Source: Azolla caroliniana
Lineage: Eukaryota; Plantae; Polypodiophyta
Reading direction: 5' to 3'
DNA length: 64,000 bases
Assembly: GCA_043228905.1 (NCBI GenBank)
Contig: JBHGNT010000056.1
Location: 1 to 64,000 of the forward strand
Numbering within the stretch: the stretch's first letter is position 1; the number at the start of each line of letters is the position of its first letter. The notes under the pieces were generated by a model. That model worked only from the letters and a program-made list of their open reading frames with translations. It ran no database searches and was not told where the DNA came from. Positions 57,701-64,000 of the stretch are shown here, in pieces. Both the position numbers and the translations under genes were made by a program.

Positions 57701-60700
57701 CCCTCCTCAAATATGCTAATTTCCTCATGTCTCTCGACCTGAGTTTCAAAATCTCGATTTTTTAATTCTATATCATAGCTAGCCTTGTTAGTTTCGATTC
57801 GCATGTTTGAACACAGAAATCCGATATCACACGAGCCAGGTATGACCATTTTAATTTACTCACACGCTCTTCTCAACTCCCTCCTCAAATATGCTAATTT
57901 CTTCATGTCTCTCGACCTAAGTTTCAAAATCTCGATTTTTTAATTCTATATCATAGCTAGCCTTGTTAGCTTCGATTCGCATGTTTGAACACAGAAATCC
58001 GATATCACACGAGCCAGGTATGACCATTTTAATTTACACACACGCTCTTCTCAACTCCCTCCTCAAATATGCTAATTTCTTCATGTCTCTCGACCTGAGT
58101 TTCAAAATCTCGATTTTTTAATTCTATATCATAGCTACCTTGTTAGTTTCGATTCGCATGTTTGAACACAGAAATCCGATATCACACGAGCCAGGTATGA
58201 CCATTTTAATTTACTCACACGCTCTTCTCAACTCCCTCCTCAAATATGCTAATTTCTTCATGTCTCTCGACCTGAGTTTCAAAATCTCGATTTTTTAATT
58301 CTATATCATAGCTAGCCTTGTTAGCTTCGATTTGCATGTTTGAACACAGAAATCCGATATCACACGAGCCAGGTATGACCATTTTAATTTACTCACTCGC
58401 TCTTCTCAACTCCCTCCTCCAGCATGCTAATTTCCTCATGTCTTTCGACGTCAGTTTCGAAATCACGATTTTTTAAGTCTATATCATAGCTAGCCTTGTT
58501 AGTTTCGATTCGCATGTTTTAACACAGAAATCCGATATCACACGAGCCAGGTATGACCATTTTAATTTACTCACACGCTCTTCTCAACTCCCTCCTCAAA
58601 TATGCTAATTTCTTCATGTCTCTCGACCTAAGTTTCAAAATCTCGATTTTTTAATTCTATATCATAGCTAGCCTTGTTAGCTTCGATTCGCATGTTTGAA
58701 CACAGAAATCCGATATCACACGAGCCAGGTATGACCATTTTAATTTACACACACGCTCTTCTCAACTCCCTCCTCAAATATGCTAATTTCTTCATGTCTC
58801 TCGACCTGAGTTTCAAAATCTCGATTTTTTAATTCTATATCATAGCTAGCCTTGTTAGTTTCGATTTGCATGTTTGAACACAGAAATCCGATATCACACG
58901 AGCCAGGTATGACCATTTTAATTTACTCACTCGCTCTTCTCAACTCCCTCCTCAAATATGCTAATTTCCTCATGTCTTTCGACGTCAGTTTCGAAATCAC
59001 GATTTTTTAAGTCTATATCATAGCTAGCCTTGTTAGTTTCGATTCGCATGTTTGAACACAGAAATCCGATATCACACGAGCCAGGTATGACCATTTTAAT
59101 TTACTCACTGACTCTTCTCAACTCCCTCCTCAAATATGCTAATTTCCTCATGTCTCTCGACCTGAGTTTCAAAATCTCGATTTTTTAATTCTATATCATA
59201 GCTAGCCTTGTTAGTTTCGATTCGCATGTTTGAACACAGAAATCCGATATCACACGAGCCAGGTATGACCATTTTAATTTACTCACTCGCTCTTCTCAAC
59301 TCCCTCCTCAAATATGCTAATTTCTTCATGTCTCTCGACCTGAGTTTCAAAATCTCGATTTTTTAATTCTATATCATAGCTAGCCGTGTTAGCTTCGATT
59401 TGCATGTTTGAACACAGAAATCCGATATCACACGAGCCAGGTATGACCAATTTAATTTACTCACTGGCTCTTCTCAACTCCCTCCTCAAATATGCTAATT
59501 TCCTCATGTCTCTCACCTGAGTTTCGAAATCTCGATTTTTTAATTCTATATCATAGCTAGCCTTGTTAGTTTCGATTCGCATGTTTGAACACAGAAATCC
59601 GATATCACACGAGCCAGGTATGACCATTTTAATTTACTCACACGCTCTTCTCAACTCCCTCCTCAAATATGCTAATTTCTTCATGTCTCTCGACCTGAGT
59701 TTCAAAATCTCGATTTTTTAATTCTATATCATAGCTAGCCTTGTTAGCTTCGATTCGCATGTTTGAACACAGAAATCCGATATCACACGAGCCAGGTATT
59801 ACCATTTTAATTTACACACACGCTCTTCTCAACTCCCTCCTCAAATATGCTAATTTCTTCATGTCTCTCGACCTGAGTTTCAAAATCTCGATTTTTTAAT
59901 TCTATATCATAGCTAGCCTTGTTAGCTTCGATTTGCATGTTTGAATACAGAAATCCGATATCACACGAGCCAGGTATGACCATTTTAATTTACTCACTGA
60001 CTGTTCTCAACTCCCTCCTCAAATATGCTAATTTCCTCATGTCTCTCGACCTGAGTTTCAAACTCACGATTTTTTAATTCTATATCATAGCTAGCCTTGT
60101 TAGCTTCGATTCGCATGTTTGAACACAGAAATCCGATATCACACGAGCCAGGTATGACCATTTTAATTTACTCACTGGCTCTTCTCAACTCCCTCCTCAA
60201 ATATGCTAATTTCCTCATGTCTCTCGACCTGAGTTTCAAAATCACGATTTTTTAATTCTATATCATAGCTAGCCTTGTTAGTTTCGATTCGCATGTTTGA
60301 ACACAGAAATCCGATATCACACGAGCCAGGTATGACCATTTTAATTTACTCACTCGCTCTTCTCAACTCCCTCCTCCAGCATGCTAATTTCCTCATGTCT
60401 TTCGACGTCAGTTTCGAAATCACGATTTTTTAAGTCTATATCATAGCTAGCCTTGTTAGTTTCGATTCGCATGTTTGAACACAGAAATCCGATATCACAC
60501 GAGCCCGGTATGACCATTTTAATTTACTCACACGCTCTTCTCAACTCCCTCCTCAAATATGCTAATTTCCTCATGTCTCTCGACCTGAGTTTCAAAATCT
60601 CGATTTTTTAATTCTATATCAGAGCTAGCCTTGTTAGCTTCGATTCGCATGTTTGAACACAGAAATCCGATATCACACGAGCCAGGTATGACCATTTTAA

Positions 60701-63700
60701 TTTACTCACTCGCTCTTCTCAACTCCCTCCTCCAGCATGCTAATTTCCTCATGTCTTTCGACGTCAGTTTCAAAAACTTGATTTTTTAATTTTATATCAT
60801 AGCTATCCTTGTTAGCTTCGATTTGCATGTTTGAATACAGAAATCCGATATCACACGAGCCAGGTATGACCATTTTAATTTACTCACTGGCTCTTCTCAA
60901 CTCCCTCCTCAAATATGCTAGTTTCCTCATGTCTCTCGACCTGAGTTTCAAAATCACGATTTTTTAATTCTATATCATAGCTAGCCTTGTTAGTTTCGAT
61001 TCGCATGTTTGAACACAGAAATCCGATATCACACGAGCCAGGTATGACCATTTTAATTTACTCACTGGCTCTTCTCAACTCCCTCCTCAAATATGCTAAT
61101 TTCTTCATGTCTCTCGACCTGAGTTTCAAAATCTCGATTTTTTAATTCTATATCATAGCTAGCCTTGTTAGTTTCGATTCGCATGTTTGAACACAGAAAT
61201 CCGATATCACACGAGCCAGGTATGACCATTTTAATTTACTCACTGGCTCTTCTCAACTCCCTCCTCAAATATGCTAATTTCTTCATGTCTCTCGACCTGA
61301 GTTTCAAAATCTCGATTTTTTAATTCTATATCATAGCTAGCCTTTTTAGCTTCGATTCGCATGTTTGAACACAGAAATCCGATATCACACTAGCCAGGTA
61401 TGACCATTTTAATTTACTCACACGCTCTTCTCAACTCCCTCCTCAAATATGCTAATTTCTTCATGTCTCTCGACCTGAGTTTCAAAATCTCGATTTTTTA
61501 ATTCTATATCATAGCTAGCCTTTTTAGCTTCGATTCGCATGTTTGAACACAGAAATCCGATATCACACGAGCCAGGTATGACCATTTTAATTTACTCACT
61601 CGCTCTTCTCAACTCCCTCCTCCAGCATGCTAATTTCCTCATGTCTTTCGACGTCAGTTTCCAAAACTTGATTTTTTAATTTTATATCATAGCTATCCTT
61701 GTTAGCTTCGATTTGCATGTTTGAATACAGAAATCCGATATCACACGAGCCAGGTATGACCATTTTAATTTACTCACTGGCTCTTCTCAACTCCCTCCTC
61801 AAATATGCTAGTTTCCTCATGTCTCTCGACCTGAGTTTCAAAATCACGATTTTTTAATTCTATATCATAGCTAGCCTTGTTAGTTTCGATTCGCATGTTT
61901 GAACACAGAAATCCGATATCACACGAGCCAGGTATGACCATTTTAATTTACTCACTGGCTCTTCTCAACTCCCTCCTCAAATATGCTAATTTCCTCATGT
62001 CTCTCGACCTGAGTTTCAAAATCTCGATTTGTTAATTCTATATCATAGCTAGCCTTGTTAGTTTCGATTCGCATGTTTGAACACAGAAATCCGATATCAC
62101 ACGAGCCAGGTATGACCATTTTAATTTACTCACTCGCTCTTCTCAACTCCTTCCTCCAACATGCTAATTTCCTCATGTCTTTCGACTTCAGTTTCAAAAA
62201 CTTGATTTTTTAATTTTATATCATAGCTATCCTTGTTAGCTTCGATTCGCATGTTTGAACACAGAAATCCGATATCACACGAGCCAGGTATGACCATTTT
62301 AATTTACACACACGCTCTTCTCAACTCCCTCCTCAAATATGCTAATTTCTTCATGTCTCTCGACCTGAGTTTCAAAATCTCGATTTTTTAATTCTATATC
62401 ATAGCTAGCCTTGTTAGTTTCGATTCGCATGTTTGAACACAGAAATCCGATATCACACGAGCCAGGTATGACCATTTTAATTTACTCACACGCTCTTCTC
62501 AACTCCCTCCTCAAATATGCTAATTTCTTCATGTCTCTCGACCTAAGTTTCAAAATCTCGATTTTTTAATTCTATATCATAGCTAGCCTTGTTAGCTTCG
62601 ATTCGCATGTTTGAACACAGAAATCCGATATCACAGGAGCCACGTATGACCATTTTAATTTACACACACGCTCTTCTCAACTCCCTCCTCAAATATGCTA
62701 ATTTCTTCATGTCTCTCGACCTGAGTTTCAAAATCTCGATTTTTTAATTCTATATCATAGCTAGCCTTGTTAGTTTCGATTCGCATGTTTGAACACAGAA
62801 ATCCGATTTCACATGAGCCAGGTATGACCATTTTAATTTACTCACACGCTCTTCTCAACTCCCTCCTCAAATATGCTAATTTCTTCATGTCTCTCGACCT
62901 AAGTTTCAAAATCTCGATTTTTTAATTCTATATCATAGCTAGCCTTGTTAGCTTCGATTTGCATGTTTGAACACAGAAATCCGATATCACACGAGCCAGG
63001 TATGACCATTTTAATTTACTCACTGACTCTTCTCAACTCCCTCATCAAATATGCTAATTTCCTCATGTCTCTCACCTGAGTTTCAAAATCTCGATTTTTT
63101 AATTCTATATCATAGCTAGCCTTGTTAGCTTCGATTCGCATGTTTGAACACAGAAATCCGATATCACACGAGCCAGGTATGACCATTTTAATTTACTCAC
63201 TCGCTCTTCTCAACTCCCTCCTCCAGCATGCTAATTTCCTCATGTCTTTCGACGTCAGTTTCGAAATCACGATTTTTTAAGTCTATATCATAGCTAGCCT
63301 TGTTAGTTTCGATTCGCATGTTTGAACACAGAAATCTGATATCACACGAGCCAGGTATGACCATTTTAATTTACTCACACGCTCTTCTCAACTCCCTCCT
63401 CAAATATGCTAATTTCTTCATGTCTCTCGACCTGAGTTTCAAAATCTCGATTTTTTAATTCTATATCATAGCTAGCCTTGTTAGCTTCGATTCGCATGTT
63501 TGAACACAGAAATCCGATATCACACGAGCCAGGTATGACCATTTTAATTTACACACACGCTCTTCTCAACTCCCTCCTCAAATATGCTAATTTCTTCATG
63601 TCTCTCGACCTGAGTTTCAACATCTCGATTTTTTAATTCTATATCATAGCTAGCCTTGTTAGCTTCGATTCGCATGTTTGAACACAGAAATCCGATATCA

Positions 63701-64000
63701 CACGAGCCAGGTATGACCATTTTAATTTACTCACTCGCTCTTCTCAACTTCCTCCTCCAACATGCTAATTTCCTCATGTCTTTCGACGTCAGTTTCAAAA
63801 TCTTGATTTTTTAATTCTATATCATAGCAAGCCTTGTTAGTTTCGATTCGCATGTTTGAACACAGAAATCCGATATCACACGAGCCAGGTATGACCATTT
63901 TAATTTACTCACACGCTCTTCTCAACTCCCTCCTCAAATATGCTAATTTCTTCTTGTCTCTCGACCTGAGATTCAAAATCTCGATTTTTTAATTCTATAT
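43280..64000. repeat. Large higher-order repeat: 50-mer (8897 bp), then 55-mer (9787 bp), with a third copy truncated by the window end
   Basis: GATTTGTTAA occurs at 43347/52244/62031. Deletions lie at 44390/53287/63074, 49241/58138 and 50618/59515. Four + strand ORF pairs are offset by exactly 8897 (50x178-3). Confidence 0.95.
45381..48940. repeat. 10-mer tandem duplication (1780 bp) nested in the 50-mer; second instance at 54278-57837
   Basis: ORFs at 45862/47642 and 46574/48354 are offset by 1780, as are 54759/56539 and 55471/57251. Confidence 0.9.

Larger units (their letters stand above)
1..64000. repeat. 178-bp tandem satellite array (about 359.6 monomers, head-to-tail, one orientation), probably centromeric or pericentromeric
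   Basis: AGGTATGACC, or a 1-nt variant of it, recurs every 178 bp (1, 179, 357, 535, 713 ... 63887). The phase shifts by -1 at each of 16 visible 1-bp deletions. Monomers differ from consensus by only a few substitutions, and the array runs off both window ends. The repeat call is direct; the centromeric role is inferred from monomer length and homogeneity. Confidence 0.99.

Noticed and set aside
1-64000. CRISPR array or other repeat-spacer system
   Set aside because: There are no unique spacers, since all 178 bp are repeated. No cas genes or leader are present.
1-64000. Tandem 5S rRNA, tRNA, snRNA or spliced-leader gene array; embedded transposon; telomeric repeat
   Set aside because: I saw no recognisable 5S or tRNA sequence, cloverleaf, LTR/TIR or telomere motif. 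The phase arithmetic (359x178-16) leaves no room for inserted DNA. An Rfam cmscan of a monomer dimer would confirm the RNA-gene exclusion.

Overview
The whole 64 kb window is one uninterrupted, single-orientation, head-to-tail satellite DNA array with a 178-bp monomer. The hand-derived consensus is AGGTATGACCATTTTAATTTACTCACTCGCTCTTCTCAACTCCCTCCTCAAATATGCTAATTTCTTCATGTCTCTCGACCTGAGTTTCAAAATCTCGATTTTTTAATTCTATATCATAGCTAGCCTTGTTAGTTTCGATTCGCATGTTTGAACACAGAAATCCGATATCACACGAGCC, about 38% GC. Taking AGGTATGACC as the monomer start, the first unit begins at 1 and the last at 63887. That fits 359 full monomers plus a 114-bp partial one, with 16 single-base deletions that I located (359x178-16=63886). 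I found no genes, RNA genes, transposons, CRISPR spacers or inversions, and the ORF-track entries are by-products of repeat variants. Monomer size and homogeneity suggest a eukaryotic centromeric or pericentromeric satellite, but this is inference and I do not recognise the family or organism. The information lies in the variant pattern: nested higher-order repeats (2-, 6-, 8-, 10-, 12-, 14-, 18- and 50/55-mer), regional variant domains, dispersed conserved monomer cassettes, chimeric monomers and gene-conversion-like allele swaps. I cannot support a novel gene-encoded system here. All comparisons were made by eye from diagnostic variants, so block boundaries are approximate.
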